DNA of 64,000 nucleotides from a virus. The position numbers and the translations under genes were made by a program. Positions 10,001 to 19,637 of this stretch are shown here, piece by piece. Each line of letters starts with the position of its first letter. The stretch's first letter is position 1. Below the pieces are notes generated by a model. The model ran no database searches, was not told the origin of the DNA, and saw only the letters and a list, made by a program, of their open reading frames with translations. The stretch spans positions 32,001 to 96,000 of IMG/VR virus record IMGVR_UViG_3300031413_000003, one strand, 5' to 3'.

Positions 10001-13000
10001 TGTTTGGTGCAGACGGTCGTGCCCGCATGCTGCGCGGTTTAAACAAACTGCGTGAAATGGGCATGAAGCTGTTTAACGTGATTGATCCGTTTGGTCGTAT
10101 CTCTAAAGCCGGCAAAGCAGTATCAGGTCGTTTCCACCGTATGGATGTGTTCCGCCAAGGTGAGAAGTCTCCGGTGCTGATCGGTAAGAAGATGGGCAAA
10201 GGCTGGTACTTCAAGCTGGACGCCAACGATAAAGCGGTAGAGATCAACGGGTGGGATGAGATCGATGGACCTGTCTACGATAAAGATGGCGAAGTACTGA
10301 TTACCCAAGATGACTTCGACCGCGGTCTGGTTACCTCAATGGGTGTCAGTATCACCAAACTGGGGGCGGCATCTAAGCGTGCAGGTATCCTGGGTCTGGA
10401 TCTGTTGGGCAAGTTTAAAGATCGCGCTATTGCGGGCGGTAAGAAGGCCTACGACAAAACCACGCAACTGGTCAAAGCCGACTACTCACCCATCGTGAAC
10501 TCAGTAGACCGTATCTACCACTTACTGTGTCAGAAGTTCGGCGTTGAGCCACAAGACATCAGCATGGTGGAAAAACTGGATGTGGTCGAACACCTGCGTT
10601 CTAAAGAGCACGCGGAAGGGGGAACAGAGGACGCCGACGGGATCCGTTTGAACTCGCTAGCCGATGAACGTCGTCAAGCCAAAGAGAAGAAAGCGGAGAA
10701 AGTCCAGGACGCCATTATCAATATCAGTGACTCGCTAGGCGGCATCGCAAATAAGAAAGAAGAGAAGAAGAAACCAAAAGGTCTTCTCGGCTTGCTGTTT
10801 GGTGGTGTAGGCATGGTGAAGAACCTCGCTGAAAAGTTCTTTGGCAAAACTTTTATGACGGGTTTCTCTACCTTGTTTAAGTTCGCGGGGGTGGCACTTA
10901 AATCCCTGCCGGTGATTGGTGGTAGCATAAGTAAGCTTGCCAGCTTCTTCACCGGGGGCGGACGTGATCAGGGAGTAGAAGACTTATTGGGTGAAGGCGG
11001 GGATGATGTAGGCGGTTCTGCAAGCGAAACACGTGAAGAGCGCAAACAGCGTAAAGAACGTGAGCGCAAGAAGAAAGAGAACCGTGCGCGTCGTCAACGT
11101 GAGCGCAATGACCGTTTGAGAGGCGGCGGTGGAACGGATGCTGAACTGGAACGCGATCTGCGCAACCGGGGAAGGCGTAATCGTGTTAACCGCGGACGGC
11201 GTTTTGGTGGACTGAGAAACGCAGCCAGGAACTTTGGAGGATCCTTTAATCCACGCACCGCTATCCTAAAAGCCGGTTTGCTTTATGCCGGTGGTCAGGC
11301 AGCTGGCGAGCTCATGGATAATGATACCTTGAGCACGGCGGGGAATGTCATGGCCGGATATTCACTGGCATCTTCTATTGCAGGCGCTGCCGGCATCGAC
11401 ATTGGTGTAGGGGCGTTAGCCAGTGCAGCAGGCACGGGATTGGCAGCAGCAGGTTCTGCGGCAGCAACTGTGTTGGCGTCGCCGGTGGTCCTGGCAGGTC
11501 TGGCAGTGGCCGGTGTAGGCTTGGCCGGTTACGGCATCTACAAGTGGTACACCAAAGGCAAGTACCGTCAAGTTGACATTCGTTTCGCCCAATACGGTTT
11601 GGAAGATGCGGACGGAGATTTAGGCAAGAAGATCTTTACGATCGAGCAGTTGTTGACCAAGCATGTAGTGATCAATAACGGCGCTGCCTCTTTCTCAACC
11701 GATACCCCAATCCAGCAGGTCTTTAAATTACTGCAAACCGGCAATGACGGTAAACAGTCAGGTGAGATGGGTGACATCTTCAGTTGGTTCAACGGACGCT
11801 TTAAACCAGTGTTCCTGACCTACATGTCGTGTCTTGATACCTTGCGGATAAAGAGTCTGGAAGAGTACGACAAGCTTACCGACAAAAAGGCGTATGACAT
11901 CGCCTACCAGGCGTCACAGGCGATCGCGGCTATTCAGCCTTCTCCTTACCAAGTGACACCGAGCATTGATCCACACGACAAGCTGATGGCGCAGGATGAA
12001 ACCATTGCTACCGTGGGCAAATACCTGCAAGAGCTGAAGAAGTATCTTGATAAGAATGATGACACTGCAAAAGTCCGTGATGTCACCATGAAGGTAGAAA
12101 CCAAAGAGGGTCTGGAGAAAGAGAAAGCAGAACTTCAGGACAAGCTCAAGAACACGAGCTTCTGGGGACTCAACGGCTCAACCAGCTTGCTGGAACAGCG
12201 TCGCGTGAAATCCCGCCTCTCTGAGATCGATGGGGAAGTTGATAAGTTAAACGACGCCTATGGTCAGGGCAAAGTAGCAGGACAGGTTAACGTCAAAGAC
12301 CTGATTCCTGACAACGGCATTATCGACCCGTTCACGCTGATTCGTATGAACGCTTATGGTCTGTCTCTGAGCTTCGGTAAAGAGTACGGCACGGAAATGT
12401 TCCCTACGTGGAAGTTCCAGGCTGTGGCACACCTTGAGCGTCGTGTAGAAGGCATGATCAAAATCATTGGCAAAGATGCGCGCTTCCTGGGTAAAACCGG
12501 TGAACTGTTCCACGAGTTCAAAGCCGCTTTCCGTGTTAAGGATGACAAGGCCGATGATTGGTGCCTGTGGTTCCGTGATCGTTTCCTGCCGGTGCTTATG
12601 AACTATTATAAGCTCTACAATGGATACGGCAACGGCGCGCCGGGCACGGGTTGGATGAACTTAACGGCAACGGCGAAATACCAGATTGCCTTGGGGATTA
12701 TCGACACACGCAACGTCACACCGAAGAAAACCCTTGTTCCCGTGTGGAGCGTAAAAGTTTCACCGTTTGAGGGTGGATTCTCGGTACCGAAGTTAGCAGA
12801 AGTTGATAAGCTGTTGAAAGCATTGCAGGAACTGAGTAACAAAGCCAAGCTGCGTAACCCAATCCTGGAAGCCCAACAGACCAGTGCCAAACAGTTGGTG
12901 AACCAAACTACTGCTCACGCTGTAGGTGGTGCAGTCACCGATAAACTCAGTGCCGGGGGTAATCCACAAACCCGCGCTGACTTGGCAATGGACACCCAGT

Positions 13001-14715
13001 TCACCATGCCGTCTCAAACCTATGCTCCGGTGCGAGGCAGTTCAGATGTCAACAAGGTCGACCTGCGTGGAGTGAAACCTTCAGCCGCAGGTAATGATAC
13101 CGGGGTAAGCGTTCCGCGCAATGCGGCAGAACAGTTGATTATTCGTGAGATGTTGGCACAAGGATTAACTGACCCCCGTTTGATTGCTGAAGCCTTGGCG
13201 TTAACCAACTACGAGTCGCAGGGCTATTCTCAAACCACCGAGAACATGCGCTACCGTGACCCAGCTCGACTGATGCAGTTGTTCCGCAATGTCACTGACA
13301 TGGGTACGGCTCAGCAGTTGGTGCAGGCTGGTCCGCAAGCCATCGCGAACTTTGTTTACGGTGGTGCCAAAGGTGCTTCGTTGGGTAACATCAACGAGAA
13401 CGATGGTTGGGATTACCGGGGACGTGGATTTATCCAGCTCACTGGTCGTGCTAACTACCGTAAGTTTGGACAGATGATCGGCGTTGATCTTGAGAAGAAT
13501 CCACAGTTGGCAAGCTCTGACCCCAAAGTCATGGCAAAACTGGCAGTGGCGTTCATCAAGGACAACAAGCAGTTAATGTCGATCACCAAGACCAACAACT
13601 TTGGTAATGCGGCACGCGGTTTGAACGGCGGTAATGCCTTGCCGGGCATGGAAAAACGCTTTGCCATGTTCAAGGACTACTTGGCTCGTTTAAGCAACGG
13701 CACCTTGACAGCAGATGGCGGTGACGCCAGTACTGACCTGGCAGCAAAAGGTCGGGCTGAAACGGAAGCCGCTACTGGCGGAGTTGATCAACCTGCCTTG
13801 CCATCACCGAAACCTATGGGTAATACGGTTGATACGGGAACCACACCGGTATCGATTCCACAGAACCCAGGCCTAGGTGGTGGTAAACTTCCTCCGATGT
13901 CAGGTTACGGTTTAGGTGGCGGTAGTCCGAATGGCGGTGCAGGTGCAGGCTTCCAACGTGTTGGAGATGTCACAGCTGTTGCCTCGGGTAATCGCACTAA
14001 CACCTATACGGGTTTGACCCTGAAGTCACAGGAAACCACCGCAGGCGGTCCGGTTCATCCAGGCATCGTTCGTGTGTGTCAAGAGATCCAGGCGCGTGTG
14101 CAAGACTTCATTCGCTTCACGGCATTGAACGACGCATACCACCACAAAGCCAATCCACGGAGCAAACACGCTGTGGGTCTGGCACTGGACTTTACTGTTC
14201 AGGGTGGTGTCTCAACGTCTGACCAGGCAGTTGGCATTGTACAGAAGATGATGAGCGACGCTGGCATGAATTCGGCGGATTACAAAGTCATCAATGAATA
14301 CCGTGTCAAAACAGCGGCAGGTACGGGCGGTCATGTTCACTTTAACTTTGAAAGTGATGCAGCGGCTGACAAATACCTCCGCACTGTCGGGGAAACCTCT
14401 GCAGCGCAGATGGGGCGTATCGCTACTGATGCAGCAACTGCACCACCAACCGGTAATGCAGAAGCCCCAACCACCACTGCGCCGCAAAGCGCGCCAGCAC
14501 CTCAGGCCGCTCCGCAAGCAGCAGCAACACCGGCTCCTGCTCCACAGGCGTCAGCTCCGGCAACCCCGGCTGCTCCAGCACCTGAACCACTCGACCCGCA
14601 AGTACTGGCTGCGGCCATGAAGACGGGTTCCGGTGGTATCGAGGATTTGTTGAAGCAGCTGATCCAGGTCGTCAAGCAACAGAACAACCCGACTCCTACT
14701 GTGAAGACGGGCTAA
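7081..14715 (+). CDS. Tail tape-measure / virion-associated peptidoglycan hydrolase (phiKZ gp181 / OBP gp276-like) with GH19 and peptidase M15-like domains
   Basis: 2544 aa, mostly helical with hydrophobic Gly/Ala stretches; GH19 motifs NYES...EN and GWDYRGRGFIQLTGRANY; LAS-type SKHAVGLALD...GHVH; Pro/Ala-rich C-terminal linker. Confidence 0.88.
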   Translation: MSDNFGFDDPFDGDLNFDSDFDSDKKGSKLKSFAIGFLGGAKDALVGSTDAKLKTVKMALPESFNGTFQFINDTRRIVAELKDEVKRETADSMRDLQYLVGQQGDTLKSKLPNGLSNKIDEFSKYDFSNWDSGGSSSSDDKPTMEQPTDQDVGDVVEATRAGSLMTATGLRTLGKELTDALVVTAGAQNANMQGIAVGVAKSNGYLKQIVDYHVRVQQRNDSMKINLLARIHLTNAKFYKFMEAANHKLISEMKDVAKSSKMSDFQKMTLGDEVRKRIRGTMFNTARNGAGGIMGLINDRVGKAARQNGYYGLSNLTSQLSMVGGMTDGMSSRDMAEMIGSMFGGGMMDALPRMLKGRQGDAMRARFAKAFPELSKKIGSRYEKLNTVGHQMSYGLNNLEGLFNTLSANYQGGNLFGDEEDENMTYQDYKASLPPGEKAMPEFVWKSMRWAKKNANKGLGVVLDNTYGSNKTKYDLRGRTYADGSEAHVYTRQTDRTITEIIPAWFSRIHLSLEKMRTGNNNLKAETYDWTKGKFISAKGAKSMAMREVYGSQVLGSAVYSSKAAADVIDEKGALSDKAKQELGFQLARKSDSGMGFSPYHLLNLEKDGVDPKIAEEIRAMALENFGITPEQIDRFQNGNDADRAKLLSIMPGKGAALANKALPYVTDIKNGIYNTNDNIDRLRNSGHYQALRDAGIIITKNGREEIDDEKMWKMFRLQQTDENFDKKLRAEQEKGYDVEQGDTVNRAGGTTNNTTNNNFGDLNTTLTELNQTIKNGAGNAGGGANYGQSLSLVNTQLDKLITIQTGHTDIFQKLLEKQPTILRRSKKEQTEEEQGKKTLLDRIKGFSPRNMFNKGVETLLNNEPLILGGLIGGLGAYALHDPKAAALIGAGGLAVAAYSKIRSLNSQRFADTEDLYENPGDEEPLLRGERLRNGDYFDSATRKVLQTWNDVTSAIIDKAGNIVATARQLAQKLFGADGRARMLRGLNKLREMGMKLFNVIDPFGRISKAGKAVSGRFHRMDVFRQGEKSPVLIGKKMGKGWYFKLDANDKAVEINGWDEIDGPVYDKDGEVLITQDDFDRGLVTSMGVSITKLGAASKRAGILGLDLLGKFKDRAIAGGKKAYDKTTQLVKADYSPIVNSVDRIYHLLCQKFGVEPQDISMVEKLDVVEHLRSKEHAEGGTEDADGIRLNSLADERRQAKEKKAEKVQDAIINISDSLGGIANKKEEKKKPKGLLGLLFGGVGMVKNLAEKFFGKTFMTGFSTLFKFAGVALKSLPVIGGSISKLASFFTGGGRDQGVEDLLGEGGDDVGGSASETREERKQRKERERKKKENRARRQRERNDRLRGGGGTDAELERDLRNRGRRNRVNRGRRFGGLRNAARNFGGSFNPRTAILKAGLLYAGGQAAGELMDNDTLSTAGNVMAGYSLASSIAGAAGIDIGVGALASAAGTGLAAAGSAAATVLASPVVLAGLAVAGVGLAGYGIYKWYTKGKYRQVDIRFAQYGLEDADGDLGKKIFTIEQLLTKHVVINNGAASFSTDTPIQQVFKLLQTGNDGKQSGEMGDIFSWFNGRFKPVFLTYMSCLDTLRIKSLEEYDKLTDKKAYDIAYQASQAIAAIQPSPYQVTPSIDPHDKLMAQDETIATVGKYLQELKKYLDKNDDTAKVRDVTMKVETKEGLEKEKAELQDKLKNTSFWGLNGSTSLLEQRRVKSRLSEIDGEVDKLNDAYGQGKVAGQVNVKDLIPDNGIIDPFTLIRMNAYGLSLSFGKEYGTEMFPTWKFQAVAHLERRVEGMIKIIGKDARFLGKTGELFHEFKAAFRVKDDKADDWCLWFRDRFLPVLMNYYKLYNGYGNGAPGTGWMNLTATAKYQIALGIIDTRNVTPKKTLVPVWSVKVSPFEGGFSVPKLAEVDKLLKALQELSNKAKLRNPILEAQQTSAKQLVNQTTAHAVGGAVTDKLSAGGNPQTRADLAMDTQFTMPSQTYAPVRGSSDVNKVDLRGVKPSAAGNDTGVSVPRNAAEQLIIREMLAQGLTDPRLIAEALALTNYESQGYSQTTENMRYRDPARLMQLFRNVTDMGTAQQLVQAGPQAIANFVYGGAKGASLGNINENDGWDYRGRGFIQLTGRANYRKFGQMIGVDLEKNPQLASSDPKVMAKLAVAFIKDNKQLMSITKTNNFGNAARGLNGGNALPGMEKRFAMFKDYLARLSNGTLTADGGDASTDLAAKGRAETEAATGGVDQPALPSPKPMGNTVDTGTTPVSIPQNPGLGGGKLPPMSGYGLGGGSPNGGAGAGFQRVGDVTAVASGNRTNTYTGLTLKSQETTAGGPVHPGIVRVCQEIQARVQDFIRFTALNDAYHHKANPRSKHAVGLALDFTVQGGVSTSDQAVGIVQKMMSDAGMNSADYKVINEYRVKTAAGTGGHVHFNFESDAAADKYLRTVGETSAAQMGRIATDAATAPPTGNAEAPTTTAPQSAPAPQAAPQAAATPAPAPQASAPATPAAPAPEPLDPQVLAAAMKTGSGGIEDLLKQLIQVVKQQNNPTPTVKTG

Positions 14716-14718
14716 CAG

Positions 14719-14747
14719 AGTGGGGGGATTCTCCCCCACTTCTTTTT
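14719..14747 (+). terminator. Intrinsic terminator/attenuator after the tape measure gene
   Basis: AGTGGGGG / CCCCCACT stem followed by TCTTTTT. Confidence 0.65.
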
Positions 14748-14758
14748 CGGAGTTAAAC

Positions 14759-17002
14759 ATGGCTAATAAAGTGGCAGTTAAGGACAAGGACATTCTTGCC
14801 CGTTCTTTTAGAATGCTGTCGTCCGAGTTGAACAACCGTCCTTTGTTGGACAACTTTAACTGGAGTAATTACTTCAACGTTTTTAGTAGCGCTACGGGAG
14901 ATAACCGCTTTGTCAACCCAGTGAGTCAATTCTCACCGGCAACCGATCCACGCTATGACCGCTATCAACAAAGTTCTGAAGGCGGCATGGGTCCGATGTA
15001 CAAAGAGCTGTACGATGACAACGCCACGATACTGACCTTGGTGCCGGGTGTGCCTGAGTTCGCAGGTCTGTTGAGTTTTATCACCAACATGTTCGACCCT
15101 GTTTCAGCGATCATGGCAAACAAAGGTCGTCGTCCGCATTTGGCCTTTTATATTGGTCAGGCGGCAGGGGCGATTGCGTTTTGGCCTATGCAGCTGGCGA
15201 GTGTAGGTTTGCAGTTCCTGCAGTTCCTGATGGACTCCCCCAAGAACCGTTTCTATACGGTGAAGTCTGCCATGCCTGAATACATTCAGATGGCGTCAGG
15301 TGTCCTCAACGATATCATGGTGAAGCTGGGTTACATTGATCCGGTATTACCGAGCAACAACAAGGCACAGACAGATTCTCTGCACGGCATTCCACCGGGT
15401 GACAGCAACAAGAACAAGATCGCCATGCTGAACCGTCTCTACAGCGATGTGGTCTATTCTGACGGCACCATTGACCTGTTCCGCTTGATTACGCGCGGTG
15501 CACGCAAACACCGCTTCCAGATCAAAGCCTTACAGGACCTGGATGAGAACTGGCCAGAAGGCAACAATATCACGGTAAGTCAGCGTTCTACCCTGGTGCG
15601 TAACCTGATGGCGCGTGCCGCCCAGGAAATCAATGCAAATCCGATGGTGGCAAAAGGCAACCCGACTCAAAACGAGATCGAGAAGTACTATGCAACTGTG
15701 GGTGCGTATCGTGAAGGTGAAGGTCTGTACCCAGAAGGCCAATCAAGCTACCTCAACCAAAACATGTACGCCAATGCCAACACCACGGCATACGGCGCAA
15801 CCGGTGTCGGCGGAGATGGAACGACCAGTACAGGACTCAACGAAACCGTTAATAAGTTAATGACGGAAGTAGGAAGTTCTGATGGGCCACAGGCGCCGCC
15901 TTCTCCTGTGATTCAGGGCGCGTACAGTTCGGCTACGGCAACGCAGAGTAACCCCAACGAGAAAGGTAAAGCCACCGCACTCAATCCCGATCAGAGTCTG
16001 GCGGATTATCCAACACCGCCTAACACGGCGTACAAGGATGATACCAACCTGGAGAGTACTTGGGCGGGTGGTGTTGCCGATTACCTGAAGACGGCACTGA
16101 ATGGCGGTTTGGATGCTATCTCGTTCCGTGTAGAAGGTGGCGGGGGTCCGACGTCGGATACTTTCAGTAACTCCGCGGGCCCATCGCCGATTGCGGATAA
16201 GTTCAACAGTGTGGTCCGTGCGGCCCATGACTTGAACTTTGACATGGCGGGTGGGGCAACCGGTATCGGGATTATCGATGGCATTGTCGAACGCCTCAAA
16301 GACGGGGCAACTGGTGTGCTGGCTGGGTCGGTATTGGGGAACATCCCGCTGGCACTGGCAAACAACAGTTACATCAAGGTTCCTGATCACTGGCAAAGTT
16401 CGTCAGTTAACCTGCACCGTGAGTCCTACGAGATCGCGAGCTACTGTAACTACGCGCATCCGTATGAACAAGTGATGAAGATCTGGGTTATCTTCTCGTT
16501 GCTGCTCCCGTTGGTTGCACCGATCTCTGCGGGTGGCTCTGCTTATACCTCTCCACCGCTGGTGAAGGCGTTTTGTCAGAGTCGCCAGTTTATCCGTACT
16601 GGTATGGTTGAATCGATTCGTTTCCAATTCGGTGAAGGTGAAACCGGCTGGACGCGTGACCGCAAACCGTTGAACTTCAAAGCCAACATTGAAATTGTTG
16701 ACCTGGAGCCACTGGTATCGGTACCGATTAACCGTTCTATTACAGTAATGGATTTGACCAACCCCGCAGCCGCCGTCAAACGCATTCTAAGCGACGATTC
16801 AGCTTACAATGACTATCTGGGTCGCTTAACCGGAATGACCTACCTGGACACTGTACTGCGCTACCGCCGTCTCAACCGCATGACAACGACTGCCGCCTTG
16901 AACGTCAAGTCGTCGTTCCGCGCTGACAACGTAGGTGCCATTCTCAGTGACAACATGGTAGGGGATATCCTGAAGGCGTTCTCTCGTCCTTTAGAGCGTT
17001 AA
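14759..17002 (+). CDS. Virion tail/baseplate protein (phiKZ gp182-like)
   Basis: Start moved to ATG 14759 after GGAG; size and position after tape measure; tail-tube/hub-like segment GMVESIRFQFGEGETGWT. Confidence 0.7.
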   Translation: MANKVAVKDKDILARSFRMLSSELNNRPLLDNFNWSNYFNVFSSATGDNRFVNPVSQFSPATDPRYDRYQQSSEGGMGPMYKELYDDNATILTLVPGVPEFAGLLSFITNMFDPVSAIMANKGRRPHLAFYIGQAAGAIAFWPMQLASVGLQFLQFLMDSPKNRFYTVKSAMPEYIQMASGVLNDIMVKLGYIDPVLPSNNKAQTDSLHGIPPGDSNKNKIAMLNRLYSDVVYSDGTIDLFRLITRGARKHRFQIKALQDLDENWPEGNNITVSQRSTLVRNLMARAAQEINANPMVAKGNPTQNEIEKYYATVGAYREGEGLYPEGQSSYLNQNMYANANTTAYGATGVGGDGTTSTGLNETVNKLMTEVGSSDGPQAPPSPVIQGAYSSATATQSNPNEKGKATALNPDQSLADYPTPPNTAYKDDTNLESTWAGGVADYLKTALNGGLDAISFRVEGGGGPTSDTFSNSAGPSPIADKFNSVVRAAHDLNFDMAGGATGIGIIDGIVERLKDGATGVLAGSVLGNIPLALANNSYIKVPDHWQSSSVNLHRESYEIASYCNYAHPYEQVMKIWVIFSLLLPLVAPISAGGSAYTSPPLVKAFCQSRQFIRTGMVESIRFQFGEGETGWTRDRKPLNFKANIEIVDLEPLVSVPINRSITVMDLTNPAAAVKRILSDDSAYNDYLGRLTGMTYLDTVLRYRRLNRMTTTAALNVKSSFRADNVGAILSDNMVGDILKAFSRPLER

Positions 17003-17032
17003 TGTTTAATCACTAAAGTACCAATCCCTTGC

Positions 17033-17058
17033 CTACTGCCTCCGCAAGGAGGTGGTAG
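17033..17058 (+). terminator. GCAA-loop hairpin terminator
   Basis: CTACTGCCTCC-GCAA-GGAGGTGGTAG after the gp182-like stop. Confidence 0.65.
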
Positions 17059-17146
17059 TGTAGGGGAATTGTATGCATTTATTAATGCACAACCACTCGG
17101 CAAATTTGCTTGGTGTACCTTTATTGATTAATACAAGGCTCTTATT

Positions 17147-18379
17147 ATGTCAAATGTACATACCCAAACTATCCCTCTTTATAACAAAGGCGCATTATCC
17201 GCAACAGGTTACCGCATTGGTTCCGGTTACAACGTTAAGTTGAACTACGGCACCATTGAACTCGCGTCCAAGCCTTCCCTGTATGATTGCATCTTGCACT
17301 CTTATATCGGGATCCGTTTGAAGTCACCCAAGTTCCATGACTGGTTAACCGAAGAATTGCGTGAACAGATTCTGCGTGAGCTGGGTGAAATGGATACGCT
17401 GATTGATGGGCGCATTACCAGTTACCGTAATGAAGGACTCAAAGAGATCCTGAGCAAAGGTATGAAGTGGGAGATCAACAACACCCTTCAGATCAACATC
17501 GATCAAGCAGATCTCCAACCAGAAGAAAGAATTCGCGAAGTTAGAGACATGTTCTTTAACGATTTCCTTAAAGCGACGAAACTTGTTGTGCACATTCGAA
17601 TGACCTCGCCGTTCAAAGACAAGGCCGATCTCTTCGAAGTGTCCCTGTTTGAAGACAAACAGCACGACAAACCTTACATGAGTGTGATGGAAAGCAACCT
17701 TCCGTCTTCACTCTTCAACAGAGAGTGGATTGACAATGCTAAAAATTCTTTTAATGCTTACCGTCGGGCTAGTGCTCCAGTTCAGCTTGGGATCAACCCA
17801 GCAGTGTACCATCCCCTCGCGCCGCTTCATCCCGGCATTCAGGACCCAGTACAACAGCCTGGTCTAGGTATTAGCCCCTATACCAATAAGCCATTCACGT
17901 ATGGCACTGGAACACCTGCTCAGTTTAAGCTGTACGGTGAAACAGGTGACATAGACGTGACGCTTAACGGGAGCACTGTGAGCTTCCAGGCATCTGGCGA
18001 TGTATCAGCACGAGCACCGCAGATCAATGTTACCGGCGGCATGAACTGTTTCGCACCAAAGTTAAATTTGGGTGAGCTTGCGTCTCCACATGTTACCGCA
18101 TTCGGTAAAAGCGTGTTTGACATGGATGATCGGTTAGTGGCACAGGTGGATATTCGTTCTGTAAAAGCATACAACGAATCCCCATACTTCAACCAAGAAG
18201 TACAGATGCCCATTCCGTTTCAAGAGTTCATTGAAACGAAATTGAAATGGTCATGGATGGACACCACCTTTGAAGATTACCTCTTGAAGGGCTATAAGTC
18301 CGATGATCAGGGTCGTGATCCACAGGTTGTGGCATTCATCAATATCGCCAGTCGTTTATGTAATGTGTTAATTGCATAA
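17147..18379 (+). CDS. Hypothetical protein, 410 aa
   Basis: Long ORF bounded by hairpins; no recognised motif. Confidence 0.8.
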   Translation: MSNVHTQTIPLYNKGALSATGYRIGSGYNVKLNYGTIELASKPSLYDCILHSYIGIRLKSPKFHDWLTEELREQILRELGEMDTLIDGRITSYRNEGLKEILSKGMKWEINNTLQINIDQADLQPEERIREVRDMFFNDFLKATKLVVHIRMTSPFKDKADLFEVSLFEDKQHDKPYMSVMESNLPSSLFNREWIDNAKNSFNAYRRASAPVQLGINPAVYHPLAPLHPGIQDPVQQPGLGISPYTNKPFTYGTGTPAQFKLYGETGDIDVTLNGSTVSFQASGDVSARAPQINVTGGMNCFAPKLNLGELASPHVTAFGKSVFDMDDRLVAQVDIRSVKAYNESPYFNQEVQMPIPFQEFIETKLKWSWMDTTFEDYLLKGYKSDDQGRDPQVVAFINIASRLCNVLIA

Positions 18380-18397
18380 AAAAAAAGAAACATACTC

Positions 18398-18425
18398 CTA
18401 CTCCTACCCTTTCGGGTAGGAGTAG
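18398..18425. terminator. Bidirectional terminator hairpin
   Basis: CTACTCCTACCC-TTTC-GGGTAGGAGTAG between convergent genes. Confidence 0.8.
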
Positions 18426-18429
18426 TGAT

Positions 18430-19560
18430 TTATGCCGTTGCGATAATTGGAACGTCCGGGAAACTGTTCTTAAAGGTGTCAACTGCTGACTGTTCATTAA
18501 ACATGCCAGTGCACGCCATTAAGACAACCAGTTCAGGCGCTGTGTCATCAGAGATCAACACTTGCTTCATGTCTTCACTTACTGACGAGATCAGACCCAT
18601 ATTCAAGACTTGACCAAACATGCTGTTGGTCTTATACCAGTTGTCACCAAAGATCGTGGTAACCACACGCAGGAACATCGCCTTGATCGCCGGGTACTGA
18701 CCAGGAGACGTCCCGTTATCCAACACGAAGTTCTGGAACAGGTTATTCGCTAAGCCCGGATACTTGGCGTTAATCATGGCGTGGCTCTTGGCACTCACCA
18801 GATCCAACACCTTGTTCATACTTACCAGGTCGCCGTTCTGCATCATCTGGGGAATAGCGTTCAACAGCGCCGCTTCAGCATCTTCAGGATTGTTGTACTT
18901 GTCCATGATCGACTGGTACGAATCGCTCATCCCGTACTCTGCAGTCATCTTCATTAACGAGTTGTAATACGACGTATTAAACGTGTAGTCTGTTAATGTG
19001 TTCAACCCGGTAGTACGACCCAACAGGCTCAGAATCCCGCCACCCATCTGATCACGCCAGTTCTTGGTGATACGGAACCCGCCACCTGTGGAATCTACCA
19101 TGTTACCAAAGTAGCCGCCGGTCAGGTTGTTGAACTCACTGTTGGCCATGTCACTGAGCTGATACATCAAGGCATCTTTGGAACTGATGTCGAAACCGAT
19201 CTTGTTACCGATAGACTGAACCAGCATGTCTTTGTTAAAGCTCACGCCGTTCTTACCGACACTGAAGTACTGTGCCGCATCCTTAAAGTCCAGTGCCCCA
19301 CCGGTTAGGGAGCCCACGATACTGTCCAGTCCAGAGATAACCTCGTCCTTATAAGCAGAGATTGTCCCCGAGACTTTAGCCTCACCCGCCTTTAACGTTG
19401 CCACCCCTTCTTTGAGTTTGTTCTGTACCGGAGAGATTGCCTTGACAGCATCACCTCGGTATTTATCCAACGTTTCTACTGTGCTGTTCTTGAAATTAGA
19501 CAGCTTATCACCGATGCCACTGAGTGCATCACCAATTCCACCTGCACTGGGAAGCGCCAT
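18430..19560 (-). CDS. Probable virion structural protein
   Basis: Start moved to ATG 19560 after GAGGTAGG; Gly/Ser-rich helical N-terminus; structural role is inference. Confidence 0.65.
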   Translation of the reverse strand: MALPSAGGIGDALSGIGDKLSNFKNSTVETLDKYRGDAVKAISPVQNKLKEGVATLKAGEAKVSGTISAYKDEVISGLDSIVGSLTGGALDFKDAAQYFSVGKNGVSFNKDMLVQSIGNKIGFDISSKDALMYQLSDMANSEFNNLTGGYFGNMVDSTGGGFRITKNWRDQMGGGILSLLGRTTGLNTLTDYTFNTSYYNSLMKMTAEYGMSDSYQSIMDKYNNPEDAEAALLNAIPQMMQNGDLVSMNKVLDLVSAKSHAMINAKYPGLANNLFQNFVLDNGTSPGQYPAIKAMFLRVVTTIFGDNWYKTNSMFGQVLNMGLISSVSEDMKQVLISDDTAPELVVLMACTGMFNEQSAVDTFKNSFPDVPIIATA

Positions 19561-19595
19561 ACCTACCTCTCGACAAAAAAATAAGGAACACATAA

Positions 19596-19621
19596 ACTTG
19601 GAGGGTGTTACCCCTCCAAGT
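19596..19621 (-). terminator. Hairpin terminator
   Basis: ACTTGGAGGG / CCCTCCAAGT stem with TTATTTTTTT further downstream on the minus strand. Confidence 0.65.
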
Positions 19622-19637
19622 CATGGACTAACAAAAT

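Noticed and set aside
14440-14600. Apparent tandem repeat near the end of the tape measure gene
   Set aside because: Low-complexity Pro/Ala/Gln linker (APQAAP) without exact DNA periodicity.
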